Below are positions 19,638 through 29,749 of a DNA stretch of 64,000 bases, piece after piece; position 1 is the first letter of the stretch, and every line of letters starts with the position of its first letter. Under the pieces are notes generated by a model. That model saw only the letters and a list, made by a program, of their open reading frames with translations. It was not told where the DNA came from and searched no databases. The stretch covers positions 62,742 through 126,741 of IMG/VR virus record IMGVR_UViG_3300049988_000245; one strand, written 5' to 3'. Source of the stretch: a virus. A program made the translations under genes and the position numbers.

Positions 19638-20246
19638 TCAGGCAGATTCCTCCTCGGGCGGGGCAATTTTGTACCACCGCATTTTGAACTCCATCGCCTC
19701 GTTCGGGTCCTTAATCACCGCGACAACGTTCCGAAGCTGGTTCGACCATCCACCGGTCACGACATGCGGACCTCGAATTCGTTCATTCACCCAGACTTCC
19801 ATCTCCGTGTGTTGGTCCGAGGTCATAGTAGTCTCGATTCTGTAATTCTTGACCAGCGACCTGAACCAATCTCGAACCTCTACAAGAGATCGTGGATCAG
19901 AGAATGCCAAACGCCATCCGTTAACATTGGACGACATGTCACCTTCGCGTTGCAGTAGAACATTTCCATTCACACCATCGACGAATTTTCTGAATTCGGT
20001 GTAGTCCCAAAGTTTATTATTGATGTCCAAATCAGTTACTCGAAACTCTTCCCCGAAGGAGGCTCCGAAATACCACATCCGATAGTCATTGAACGGGTCT
20101 GGTAAGCCATGCGAGGGAATCTTCGCCACTCCCTGGAGCGTATTAGCAATTGGCTGAAACTCCATGACTCGGGAGTTCATATTGGTGATCTGCGAGTATA
20201 CCTCTGGGGTGAAGGACACGCGCGGAACCATTATAACGGTACTCAT
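19638..20246 (-). CDS. extended FKMRW-family protein
   Basis: C-terminal WVNERIRG...DPNEAMEFKMRWY. Confidence 0.75.
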   Translation of the reverse strand: MSTVIMVPRVSFTPEVYSQITNMNSRVMEFQPIANTLQGVAKIPSHGLPDPFNDYRMWYFGASFGEEFRVTDLDINNKLWDYTEFRKFVDGVNGNVLLQREGDMSSNVNGWRLAFSDPRSLVEVRDWFRSLVKNYRIETTMTSDQHTEMEVWVNERIRGPHVVTGGWSNQLRNVVAVIKDPNEAMEFKMRWYKIAPPEEESA

Positions 20247-20276
20247 ATATATACCCCAAAGCCCCTAAATATGCGT

Positions 20277-20654
20277 ATGAAGAAGCCGCAGAGACCTCTG
20301 GTTCAGAGGTTCTTCCACGACATGTTTACCGGACGTGACAACCATACATTCGATATGGGTCGTATCCTGTGGTTTCAGTCGATTCAAGCCTTCATCGGCC
20401 TGTCCGTGTATGCACTGTACAAGGGCGGCACCTTCGATCCCGTTCTCTGGGGCGCAGGTCTCGCCGCGCTCATGGCATCTGGTGGCGCCGCCCTCGGGTT
20501 GAAGTCTGGCACCGAGCCGGAATTTCGTGAGAAGACCCCGATGGGTGATTTCTCCGGCCGGATCGATGCAGTTCGAACCGAAGTCACCTCGGTTCGTCAG
20601 TCGGCCACCTCCATGGCGGCTTCGAAGCCAGACGAGCCAGACGACGGGGTTTGA
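20277..20654 (+). CDS. small 2-TM membrane protein (holin candidate)
   Basis: TAAATA immediately upstream; two hydrophobic segments; charged tail. Confidence 0.55.
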   Translation: MKKPQRPLVQRFFHDMFTGRDNHTFDMGRILWFQSIQAFIGLSVYALYKGGTFDPVLWGAGLAALMASGGAALGLKSGTEPEFREKTPMGDFSGRIDAVRTEVTSVRQSATSMAASKPDEPDDGV

Positions 20655-21697
20655 TTCGGCTTCTTTCGTCTCGGACCCGTATTGGTCCCGCGCCGAATCG
20701 CCTTTATGTGCATAGGTACGCCACCGGGAAGCTCTTTGTAGGCTTCTCCGCGAATCACCTTATAAACGGCATCGCCGATACCAAGCTCGCGGGCGATCTG
20801 CTTCCCGAACACGTATCGGGTCCGATACATCCGCCGGGCCTGGATGACTTGCTCTTCAGTCAGTCTGCGACGGAATCCAGACGGTCGAAGTGTTGTTGCT
20901 CCCGGAACGTCTGCATAGTACCTTCCCGTAACGATATTGTTGATTGTCGCCGGATCAGTACCTCCATAGGCGTCACCAAGCTTCTTAAGTGAAATACCAG
21001 ACGTATACTGAAGCCGAATGAACAGGACTTGCTCGTCCGTAAACTTGCGCGCCTGATTGCGTTTTACTAGGGCGCCCGGCAGATGTGCGTACAAGCGTCC
21101 GGCCAGGATCGCATTAGTAAGATTTCGGGAGAGACCAAACTTGGCGGCGATCTCCGCTTGAGTGATGTCCTTTTTTGCGTAAAGGCTACGCATCCGCAGG
21201 ACGTCCTTTTCCGGAATACTTCCGAGGGGCTTCTTTACCGCCCCGTGGATGTCCTTGTAGGAACGACCGGAGACGATCGCGCTGATCACAGTAGTTGGAG
21301 CCTCGAAGTATGCGGCTAACGCAGACTGTGCCCAATTCTTCTCACGGTAAAGATACCGCATAAAAACGACTTGATATTTCTTAAACGTCCGGGGATTCTT
21401 CTTTATTGCTCCCGGAAGGTATGCGTATGACCGTCCTGAGATGCAATTGGCAACGCGCTTTTCGGCCTCGCCCATATAGGCAGCGATCTGACTATGCGTC
21501 CATCCGGATCGGGCGAGTTCCCGCATGTGCAAGACTTCGCTTGGCGTGAAAGCCTCGCGACCAATCCGCACTTGTCCTTCGAACTCGAACTCCAGATACG
21601 CACTGATCGCTGCGTCAGACCACTTTTCGTCGGTCAAACGGCGAATCGTAAGAACCTGCTGGTCAGTGTAATGGATTGTGGAAGGAGGAGTCGGCAT
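20597..21697 (-). CDS. tandem HTH-repeat DNA-binding protein
   Basis: About six ~55-aa repeats ending I..GRxY..LPG. Confidence 0.75.
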   Translation of the reverse strand: MPTPPSTIHYTDQQVLTIRRLTDEKWSDAAISAYLEFEFEGQVRIGREAFTPSEVLHMRELARSGWTHSQIAAYMGEAEKRVANCISGRSYAYLPGAIKKNPRTFKKYQVVFMRYLYREKNWAQSALAAYFEAPTTVISAIVSGRSYKDIHGAVKKPLGSIPEKDVLRMRSLYAKKDITQAEIAAKFGLSRNLTNAILAGRLYAHLPGALVKRNQARKFTDEQVLFIRLQYTSGISLKKLGDAYGGTDPATINNIVTGRYYADVPGATTLRPSGFRRRLTEEQVIQARRMYRTRYVFGKQIARELGIGDAVYKVIRGEAYKELPGGVPMHIKAIRRGTNTGPRRKKPNQTPSSGSSGFEAAMEVAD

Positions 21698-22099
21698 GAA
21701 ATCCCCGTTTGTGAGCGGAGAAACTACCGGGGCTGGCCTTTTTGGTCAACCGAATCTGGGCGAACAAAATCGATTTTCAAGGGGACAGGCGGGCTGATGA
21801 GGCCGAGGTCCCTTCTGCGTAATCAACGCAGTGGCCTGTTGATGGGCCATATCCGGCGAACCGGATTCTCTGACATGGTTAGCCTGCCCCCATGGAAATC
21901 GATCACTTATCGTTGAGTAGGGAGTTTCGATACCGATTTTCGGCGATCACTTTGTCCATCTCGTCGGCGCGCCGCCGTCTATAGGCAGCGATATCGCAAT
22001 CAAGGGCCGCCGTTCGACGATTCGATCTAACCCAAAGCATCAGGCAGAAAACGATCGCAGCCAGCGGCGGCCCAAACAAATATACGAGAGATGGGGATA

Positions 22100-22582
22100 T
22101 CATTGGTGTGACGAGTGAACCTCTGGGAGGCCCGTATTGTGCATGGTCTCACTTGGGGAAGTCAATTTTTCCCAATCGCCATCCACGGGTTCTAGCACGT
22201 TGACGGCAAATCGGCTGTCGTCGAGCACCTGAAGCCAGCCGATCACGTCTTCGCGCGTCCCTCGGAAGCCGAACTCTCGCATGATCTCGTCCACGATCAT
22301 CGGATGGGGTCCGGATTCGGCCTCGCCGATCACGGAGATGCTGAGGTGACGGCAGGGTACGCCCGGAGCGTGCTCCTCGATCGCGTATGTGGCCTCGTAG
22401 CAGGTAGGAAGCTGTACGGTCTGGTCTCGGTCCATAGTGAGCGGCAGGGCGGCTGTGCCGTTCTCCAACGCTTCCGCGCGGGACTGAATGGTCGAGTACG
22501 GAATGATGTTTCGGTGCGCATCCTGAAGGGCGACCGACATGAGGGCACGGGCTTGATTGTCGATGATGAGGGGGAGCGACAT
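22100..22582 (-). CDS. hypothetical protein
   Basis: ORF in a minus-strand gene run; CRHLSISV motif. Confidence 0.6.
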   Translation of the reverse strand: MSLPLIIDNQARALMSVALQDAHRNIIPYSTIQSRAEALENGTAALPLTMDRDQTVQLPTCYEATYAIEEHAPGVPCRHLSISVIGEAESGPHPMIVDEIMREFGFRGTREDVIGWLQVLDDSRFAVNVLEPVDGDWEKLTSPSETMHNTGLPEVHSSHQ

Positions 22583-23229
22583 CGTGTTTCCACCGTGAGA
22601 GCGCGCCTGTCCCGGCGCTCCCATGACATTCTCACCCGGCCGTGACGAAGGCAAGTCCGTCGCTTTAGACCAACCAATTAGTCAAGTGCCTCTACGGTCA
22701 CCCGAACGCGTTTTCCACGAAGAGAGTTAAACAGGGTGTGGGAATCCTCTCGCCCATTTTCAGACCATGAGCGGAGTTCGACCGAGAACATCCCGTCCGA
22801 GTGGGTCTCCTGTGGGGTCATGACGACGACAATCAGGGCCTGCGCGCCGTCGTCCACCTCGATATGGTCGTGGTCAACAACACCCTTGCGGGATTCGGTT
22901 GGGAACACAAACTCGGTTGCGTATCGAATCATCATTCAACCCATCGGTAAGCGGTAAATCGACCTTCTTTATGAGATTCCTCGACCCAACCGGCGTCACG
23001 GCAGTCTCGGGCGATTCGTTCGGCCAGCATCACGGCGGCTGTCACAGGACCCCCATGAGCGCGTAGTGCATGTACGCAGTACTCGGCTACGTCCTTCACC
23101 CGGAAGGGTCGCTGGCGCATATCCACGTAGACCTGTTCGACCACCTCCCAGGCGACCGATGTGCCCGCAACAACGTAGCGGTGGTCCTTGAAACAATAAT
23201 CCCGCGCCAACGACCCGTTCTCCAGTGAG

Positions 23230-24120
23230 TTATCGGATTCCCGTATACCCGCCGTCGAACACCTTGGCCATAACCCGATCGGTTAAAGATTCCACGAAAT
23301 CGTCCATCATGGAATCAGCGCCGAATAGACGCTTCAGAGAGAAGCCACGCTTCACCTCGGTGGTGACGCGGAACAGCGGTATGTTCGAGGCAAACGCATG
23401 CAGGATCGCGGAATTGCTGTCGCCGAGTTCGTCAACCAGGGTGCCGACATGGTCCTTGGCCATGAAGTAGTCGCCGTCCATGGTGGCTTCGGTCACCTGG
23501 GGGCGAAACCCCTGGACGTGCTGCTTGAACGCCGTGTGTAGCCCCTGGAGCTTGTCGTTGACCGCATCCTTGTCCTCGTCCGTTGGTGTCTTGAACGGCA
23601 CCACGGTGCGTTTCATTTTACCGGCGGTGAAGAGTTCGAAGTGCACTCCGATTCGCTTCAGCGCGTCCTCGAAGATTGGAATTTGACCAACCACGCCGAT
23701 CGAGCCGACGAACGCCATCGGGTTTGCCACCAGCTTGGTGGCGACGCAGGCCATCATGTAGCCGCCGGATGCCGCGATCTCATCCACGAACACCGTGACA
23801 GGAATCTTCGCGTTGATCAGCCGCTCCACCTGGGCCGCCGCATTGGCGTACGCGGTTACGGGGCCGCCGGGGGAATACACCGACAAGTACACCTGGGTGC
23901 CCTTGGCACCAGCGTTGACGATCACCGCGTTCACGTCGTGTTCGAGCTTCCGGAAGGCGTCTTCCTTCGGAATGCGGGTGTCGAACGTGATCAGGAAGAT
24001 CGGGCCGCTGCTGGTGTTCTTGTTAGCTTCCATAAACACCTTTTGCGTATTCTTGGTGCCGATCTGTTTGGCCAGCACCTTGGTCTCGTTCTCGATCTTG
24101 GTCTTGTACTTCTTCTTCAT
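23230..24120 (-). CDS. S49 family serine peptidase (SohB/SppA-like)
   Basis: SPGG, VDEIAASGGYMMAC, VGSIGV and TAGKMKR motifs. Confidence 0.9.
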   Translation of the reverse strand: MKKKYKTKIENETKVLAKQIGTKNTQKVFMEANKNTSSGPIFLITFDTRIPKEDAFRKLEHDVNAVIVNAGAKGTQVYLSVYSPGGPVTAYANAAAQVERLINAKIPVTVFVDEIAASGGYMMACVATKLVANPMAFVGSIGVVGQIPIFEDALKRIGVHFELFTAGKMKRTVVPFKTPTDEDKDAVNDKLQGLHTAFKQHVQGFRPQVTEATMDGDYFMAKDHVGTLVDELGDSNSAILHAFASNIPLFRVTTEVKRGFSLKRLFGADSMMDDFVESLTDRVMAKVFDGGYTGIR

Positions 24121-24175
24121 AGAAAATCTCCGGGTACACATGAAAAGGGCGCCCCGTAGGGCGCCCCAGATCGGT

Positions 24176-24778
24176 TCAGGCTACCTGACGCTGTGCGTCC
24201 GGCGCTGGGAGCTTGCCCCGGTAGTGGTTGGCGATGCCGTAGGTGAGGAAAGCACCACCTGCGATGGCGAGGAACACCAGGGCGATCAGGATCGGGGCCA
24301 TGCCGCTATCTTCCTTGTCGTCCGACTTGAAGAAGTCGGTGACCTTGTCGAAGGCGTCGCCGATACCCGAAGAGGCGTGGTAGATGTTCGAGCCCATCGC
24401 ATAGGTGTTGTATGCGGTGGTCGCCATGTTGGCGAAGCTCTTCTCCCGGAACATCTCGATCCACGAATGGATAGTGATGATCAGGCCGGTGCCGAGCGCA
24501 GGGACGATGATCGTCAGGTACCACATCCCCATGAGGGCGTTGTTGAACTTTGCCGACATCGGGTGGACCAGATTCAGCACCACCGCTTCGAGGATGATGA
24601 GGAGCATCGAGAAGCCGATCGCCGACTGGATCGCGGCCGACCAGATGACGAGGAACATGAAGGGTCCGTGGGACTCACGCTCCGCCCAGGTCATGCCGAC
24701 GACGCGGGCATTCATGAACGAGATGAAGGTGTTCCAGAGAACCAGAGCAACGGCGAACAAAATGTACCAACCAGACAT
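24176..24778 (-). CDS. multi-pass membrane protein
   Basis: About four hydrophobic segments; terminator at ~24143-24167. Confidence 0.75.
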   Translation of the reverse strand: MSGWYILFAVALVLWNTFISFMNARVVGMTWAERESHGPFMFLVIWSAAIQSAIGFSMLLIILEAVVLNLVHPMSAKFNNALMGMWYLTIIVPALGTGLIITIHSWIEMFREKSFANMATTAYNTYAMGSNIYHASSGIGDAFDKVTDFFKSDDKEDSGMAPILIALVFLAIAGGAFLTYGIANHYRGKLPAPDAQRQVA

Positions 24779-24855
24779 GGCTAAAATCCTTGTAGAGAGA
24801 TGCCTATATTGTGTTTCATGAGGACCAAGCGGTCAATTAAAACCGCTTGGAATGA

Positions 24856-25113
24856 TTAATGCTCACCCACCCAGCGCATCTTGAATTCGAATGTTTGTTC
24901 TGCATTGGGCATAGTAAACGTTCTGTGGTTGGAAACGTACCACCGAGTATCGTCATCGATCGATGGCTCGCCAAACCTCTCCTGACACCACTCAGTGATC
25001 TCTTGAGTAAGTTTGTCGGCCTCGTTCACGTTCTGAAGACCGATTGGATCGACGAGGAATAACCACCAACCGCTCAATGGGTCGAAACCACCCTCCTCGA
25101 CGATGACTTTCAT
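24856..25113 (-). CDS. FKMRW-family mini-protein
   Basis: WCQERFGEP...QTFEFKMRWVG. Confidence 0.8.
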   Translation of the reverse strand: MKVIVEEGGFDPLSGWWLFLVDPIGLQNVNEADKLTQEITEWCQERFGEPSIDDDTRWYVSNHRTFTMPNAEQTFEFKMRWVGEH

Positions 25114-25962
25114 CGGTTCAGCGCGATCCCGCCGAGGCAGATGGCTGAGGCCCATCCGCCGCCGCCCAGGATGACGAACCCACCGATCGTCTTGTAAGTA
25201 TCGGAGGCGTTCAGGCCAGTGTGGATCATCCATCCACCGAGTCCCATTGCGGCTAGACCCAAGAGGCCAACCCCCAGGACCATGTATGCGAGTTTCTCCA
25301 TCGCTTTTGCCTCAGGTTGGATGTGGTGATACGGGCGAGCTTACAAAAAGGGGTCTACGTAGTTTTAAGCGTAGGCGAACCCGAGCAGCAGCAATTCGTC
25401 TCGACGGATCGGCTTCGGTAGGCCATCCGCGATGATCACGGCAAGTTCGAACGGCATGATCTCGATCGGGAAGTCTTTCTGCATACCGAAGTCGTCCCCG
25501 CCCCAAAGGGCGATCCGAACTGTGGTGAGATCACCACTGACGCCGCCGCCATGGATTTCACCAACGAAGCAGCGAAGCTCGCCATTGGTGGTCGGATACC
25601 AGTCCTCGTTCGTCGGAGCGGTGAATTCGTAACGCTGAGGGATCACGCCGTTCATCCGGGTATTCCGGTACGGAGGATTCGGAGCGACCTTCGGTGCTTT
25701 GCGTCCCATGAATCTCTCCTCAGCGCGAGTAGCGGCGACCGCGTTTGACCGAGCCGTCAGCGGTGGAGCGGATCGTCCATTCCTTGCCCTTGTCGTGGGT
25801 CTCGACAGTCAGCTTGACCTTGCCCCGCTGCTGATGTCATCAATATACATCAAAACGCGAGAGATACAAGAGTATAGAATCGATCTGGTTAACGCTCACC
25901 AAACCTCATCCGCAGGCCGATGCCGCGAAGCGTGATGAGTGGGGAAGCCATACGTGTCTCCG

Positions 25963-26226
25963 CTATCCGAAACAAAGTTTGAACGCGACCGCGTCTACCT
26001 CACGATAAAACAAGAGATCGACGGAATCTGAGAACTTAGGAGTGTACTTGTATAAAATGTTGTTTTCGTCCAGCCAAGCCTTAGCTTGGTCGCTGAGGCA
26101 CGTCTGGACGTGATGACCGAGGACGCTTTTGGCGTTCCGAAGCGCACGATGATCCGAGGCGCCGTTTATGAACACCTTGACCAGACGAACACTCCCGTCC
26201 GGATTAAGAATCGGTGTGAGAATCAT
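25963..26226 (-). CDS. FKMRW-family mini-protein (divergent)
   Basis: WLDEN...EVDAVAFKLCFG. Confidence 0.7.
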   Translation of the reverse strand: MILTPILNPDGSVRLVKVFINGASDHRALRNAKSVLGHHVQTCLSDQAKAWLDENNILYKYTPKFSDSVDLLFYREVDAVAFKLCFG

Positions 26227-26767
26227 GATTCGGGGTCCGCAGGATAAACCTGCCAGTGCGTGCCGATGACGTAGTCCTTGTAGGGATTCGCCGTAACAGT
26301 CTTGAAGCCACCGAGGTAGTCGTAATTCTCCGACTCGTAGTCAACGGTAAGTTCGGATTCCCACACGCAGACGTGCCAGGATTTCTCCGGACTATGGTTG
26401 TTCAGGCTCTCCCATCCGGCGGTCCCGTAGACGAGGAGCTTGCGACCATCCCGTGGAGTGTTCTGGTCGATCGGGTAGGTGACGCCGGGGACAAACATTT
26501 CCTTAACCCTCGATGTCCGCTTTCAGCTTAGTCAGGCTAGAGAAGATTTCCCCGCCCTTTTTCTGTCCCTGCGGGATATACTGAAACCCCGCTTCGGTTC
26601 GCTGGATGACACCTGATTTTCGATCGTTCAAGTGCACCACGATCTGCGTATCGCTGATCCGCGTGTAGCGAATCGCGAGACCACCGCCGTACTTGATCTT
26701 TTCGTAAGACATGTGGGCCTCCCGTTCCGATGTGATCTAATATACATCGAATTAGGAGGATGTCAAC

Positions 26768-27790
26768 TTAGGTGACGACGACGCCCTGCGGACCGGCCTT
26801 CACACGGGTGCCGCCCTTCTGCTGGGCCGAGGTGGCGACGAACAGGGCAAGCTCCGGCACGCGCGCGCGGATCATCGAGACCAGATCGTGCGACGGGTCA
26901 GGGTTTGCCGAGCCCGCACCCGCAGCGGGAGAGCGTCCGGTCACGACGCCGTCGATGTACGCCTGGACTTCCTTCTGCTGCTCCGGGTTGAGACCCTTTA
27001 GCTGATTCCAGAGATCGAACTTCACGCCTGTGGCGGAATCCTGATACTGGCCGTTCTCGACCGTCGCGGAAATCTGCGCCAGGGTGATTTTACCATCTGC
27101 GGTCTTCAGCGTGATGTTCTCGACGTACTTCGTCTCGGTGTGCTCGATCGTCCCTTCGAGGGAAATCTGCGTGAAGAAATCGCGACTCGACGAGACAGCG
27201 CCGCCCTGCTTGAACTCGTACTCGGAGATCGCCTTCAGCGCCGCCGCAGCCTTCTTCGCGGCCTCACCAAGCTCCGGGCTGAGCCCTTCGATCCCGGCGG
27301 TGGTCATGTCCACGTTGATTCCGCTTGCCTGTAGCTGCTGAATCACGTGGTCCATGTCGCCGTTGAACACCTGATCCATCTGCGAGGACGCCTGCTGGGC
27401 CGCCGCAGGGTTCGAAGCCAGACCCACCAGGGTGCCGACCATGCCGACGAGGATCGCGATGAGCGCACGATTCTGCATGGCGATCTTGCCCACCTTGAGC
27501 ACCTTTTGGAGCGTGCCTGAGACCTGGGGGTTTTCAGCGAACACGTTCAACGCTTTGTTCGTGGTCGCTGCGAGGAAGTCATACTGGATATCCCGGTACT
27601 TCTGCTGCGCTGCCTTGGCTGTCGCCTTGATCTTGTCCGCCAGCGGGCCTTCCATGAGCAGGCGAGAGCGGGCGCTTTCCCGTAGGGGGCGGAGAAGGGG
27701 GTTCGCGGCGTGGCATTCGAGGAAAAACGAGATCGTCTCGTCTTCGTTCTCGATCAGATGCAGATAGGTACGAAACAGGGAAGCGGTCAT
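26768..27790 (-). CDS. hypothetical late protein, one TM segment
   Basis: CATAAATA upstream; N-terminus FRTYLHLIENE. Confidence 0.65.
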   Translation of the reverse strand: MTASLFRTYLHLIENEDETISFFLECHAANPLLRPLRESARSRLLMEGPLADKIKATAKAAQQKYRDIQYDFLAATTNKALNVFAENPQVSGTLQKVLKVGKIAMQNRALIAILVGMVGTLVGLASNPAAAQQASSQMDQVFNGDMDHVIQQLQASGINVDMTTAGIEGLSPELGEAAKKAAAALKAISEYEFKQGGAVSSSRDFFTQISLEGTIEHTETKYVENITLKTADGKITLAQISATVENGQYQDSATGVKFDLWNQLKGLNPEQQKEVQAYIDGVVTGRSPAAGAGSANPDPSHDLVSMIRARVPELALFVATSAQQKGGTRVKAGPQGVVVT

Positions 27791-28429
27791 CCGATATTTA
27801 TGTTCAAATGTCCGGACTAAATGGTATGCCCATTTCATTACACAGCATAGAGATTTGAAATGGCTATTCCAGAATCCAATATCTACAAGATGGACATGAG
27901 CAGCCCGCTGAACGAGCCGTTCTATCACTACACCTACGGAGGACGCGGAATGCACGAGGGTCTGTTCGAGGGAGACCGTTACGTGATCGTGACGAAGATT
28001 ACCGGACAGGACAACTACGTGTTCGCGAACATCAATACGGGTAGGTTAGTTTCAGGGGTGCACCCGCTCTCGCGCTTTGTTGCGATCTGATAAAATCGTC
28101 GGACGATTCCTCGCGTCCGACAACATGCCGGAGCTTGTCCCAAATCTCCTCGGTGAGGACCATCGTCGTGCCATCGACGCGGTCGTAGAGTTCCGGGGCG
28201 ATCTCGCAGAAAATCTCGACGAGAGGATTCCCGCGCATCCGGTCGATGGGGAGAAATCGATTCTTCACCGCCCGGAACAGCATCTCGCCGGGATCGCGCT
28301 TGATTATCACGTGCGCGCGGAACGATATCGTCGTGCGAATCCGGTCTGCGCCGACGATTTGTCGGCCCTGACGATTCGGGATCAGCGCGATGATCTGAGG
28401 GGGCATGAATCCATGGTCCAAACATGGGT

Positions 28430-28755
28430 CCGGGGGCCGAAGCCCCCGGTTCTGTTTCTACGGTTACCCTACCGCACGAAGATCACGCCGCGAGGCGGAC
28501 TTCCATGGCAACGTTGTCGTTGACAGATATGTGTTTGAACAGTGCACGCAAACAGTTTCCTGCGTACGCAAGCCGTGTCTCAGCTTATGTCGCCTCGTGC
28601 TCCCCGAAGGAAGTCGATCTCTCTTGCCCCTTCACGCGCAATCGATCCCAAGTCGCCCCCATCAGGAGAACACTTCATGAAAGTGTGCTCATGGTGGAGG
28701 CGTGCGGATTCGAACCGCAGTGTTGCCGCGCTATCTCACAAGGTCTTCAACAGTG
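28430..28755 (-). ncRNA. ssrA: circularly permuted (two-piece) tmRNA
   Basis: Acceptor piece ends with T-arm GCGGTTCGAATCCGC and CGCCTCC-ACCA (CCA end 28692); coding piece starts GGGGGCG at 28660 and gives a G3-U pair; tag ORF 28524-28483 reads VNDNVAMEVRLAA*; 3' hairpin 28430-28449. Confidence 0.92.
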
Positions 28756-28758
28756 GGG

Positions 28759-28789
28759 TATTTATAGCTGAGCGTCGGTGGAGTGTCAA
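28759..28789 (-). promoter_or_regulatory. tmRNA promoter
   Basis: TTGACA-17-TATAAA, with the -10 element overlapping an exact TATAAATA late motif. Confidence 0.75.
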
Positions 28790-28822
28790 GAATGGTGGAG
28801 GCGGCGATATAATAAATAATAG

Positions 28823-29386
28823 ATGAAAACACCGCGTAGTATCTCCACCGTTTGTGCAAATTGTTCCGTAGATTTTCTAAAAGCAAAAAAAGAGTACGAT
28901 CGACAAATTCGGGAGGGAAGATCGTATTTCTTCTGTAGTCGATCTTGTAATACATCCCACTCTAACAAGATGGCTTCACCGGAACGAGTGGAGGCAAGCC
29001 GTAAAAGGCTTACTCAGGCCCGCCTGGACGGTCTTATCCCGCCTCGAACAAGAGATGAGTCTTCTCCATATCGTTATTACATCAGAAAATCGAAATGTCG
29101 CGGTGTTGAAAGCAACCTCACAATATCCTACTTAAAATCTCTGTGGGAATATCAAGAAGGAAGATGCGTTTACTCGCACGTCGATTTGATACTTAATGAG
29201 TATGTTTCCACCAAGCGGCAGGATATACGATTCCTGGCCTCGTTGGACCGAATCGATTCGACCAAAGGCTACATCGAAGGAAACGTTCAATTCATTTCTG
29301 CTTGCATGAATTACGGCAAAAGCACTTTGACAGACTCGCAGTTTCGAGAGCTACTTGAAATATTGAGGTCTTCAAACCGTAAGTAA
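28823..29386 (+). CDS. HNH-like homing endonuclease
   Basis: CANC/FCSRSC zinc motif; QEGRCVYS...SLDRIDSTKGYIEGNVQFI; low GC. Confidence 0.85.
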   Translation: MKTPRSISTVCANCSVDFLKAKKEYDRQIREGRSYFFCSRSCNTSHSNKMASPERVEASRKRLTQARLDGLIPPRTRDESSPYRYYIRKSKCRGVESNLTISYLKSLWEYQEGRCVYSHVDLILNEYVSTKRQDIRFLASLDRIDSTKGYIEGNVQFISACMNYGKSTLTDSQFRELLEILRSSNRK

Positions 29387-29749
29387 AGGATTTTCCGAAT
29401 ACGGCCTCCTTTGGTCCAGGCAGACCTCTGGTAGGGTTTTCACACGTGCCTGCGCGCTACTTATCTGCTGACCGCATCCGGGAAAGTCTCTGTTGTGCGC
29501 GCTTCGTATCACCCTCCCTGGTGACAGCAGCCTTGCGGTAGTCCCCCTGTGGGGTCCGGGCGCGGACAACGATTCTGATATTAACCGAAACGTATCTTGA
29601 ACTCAAATGCTAAGTTTGGGTGATCCAAGCGAAAGCTACGCCTTCGTACCGTAGCGGGCTACTCCTCGGATTCGATATGCTATCCGTCGCTTCTGCTGTC
29701 AAAAAACAAGGGATTAATCTTGATAGAAGGACTTGATTGATCGATTCAA

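Noticed and set aside
28692..28730. tRNA gene
   Set aside because: The T-arm and CCA have no upstream anticodon arm; the pairing 5' strand lies downstream, as in a permuted tmRNA.
29390..29700. RNase P RNA or group I intron
   Set aside because: Only partial look-alike words (GGAAAGTC, CAGAGACT); the full conserved element sets were not found.
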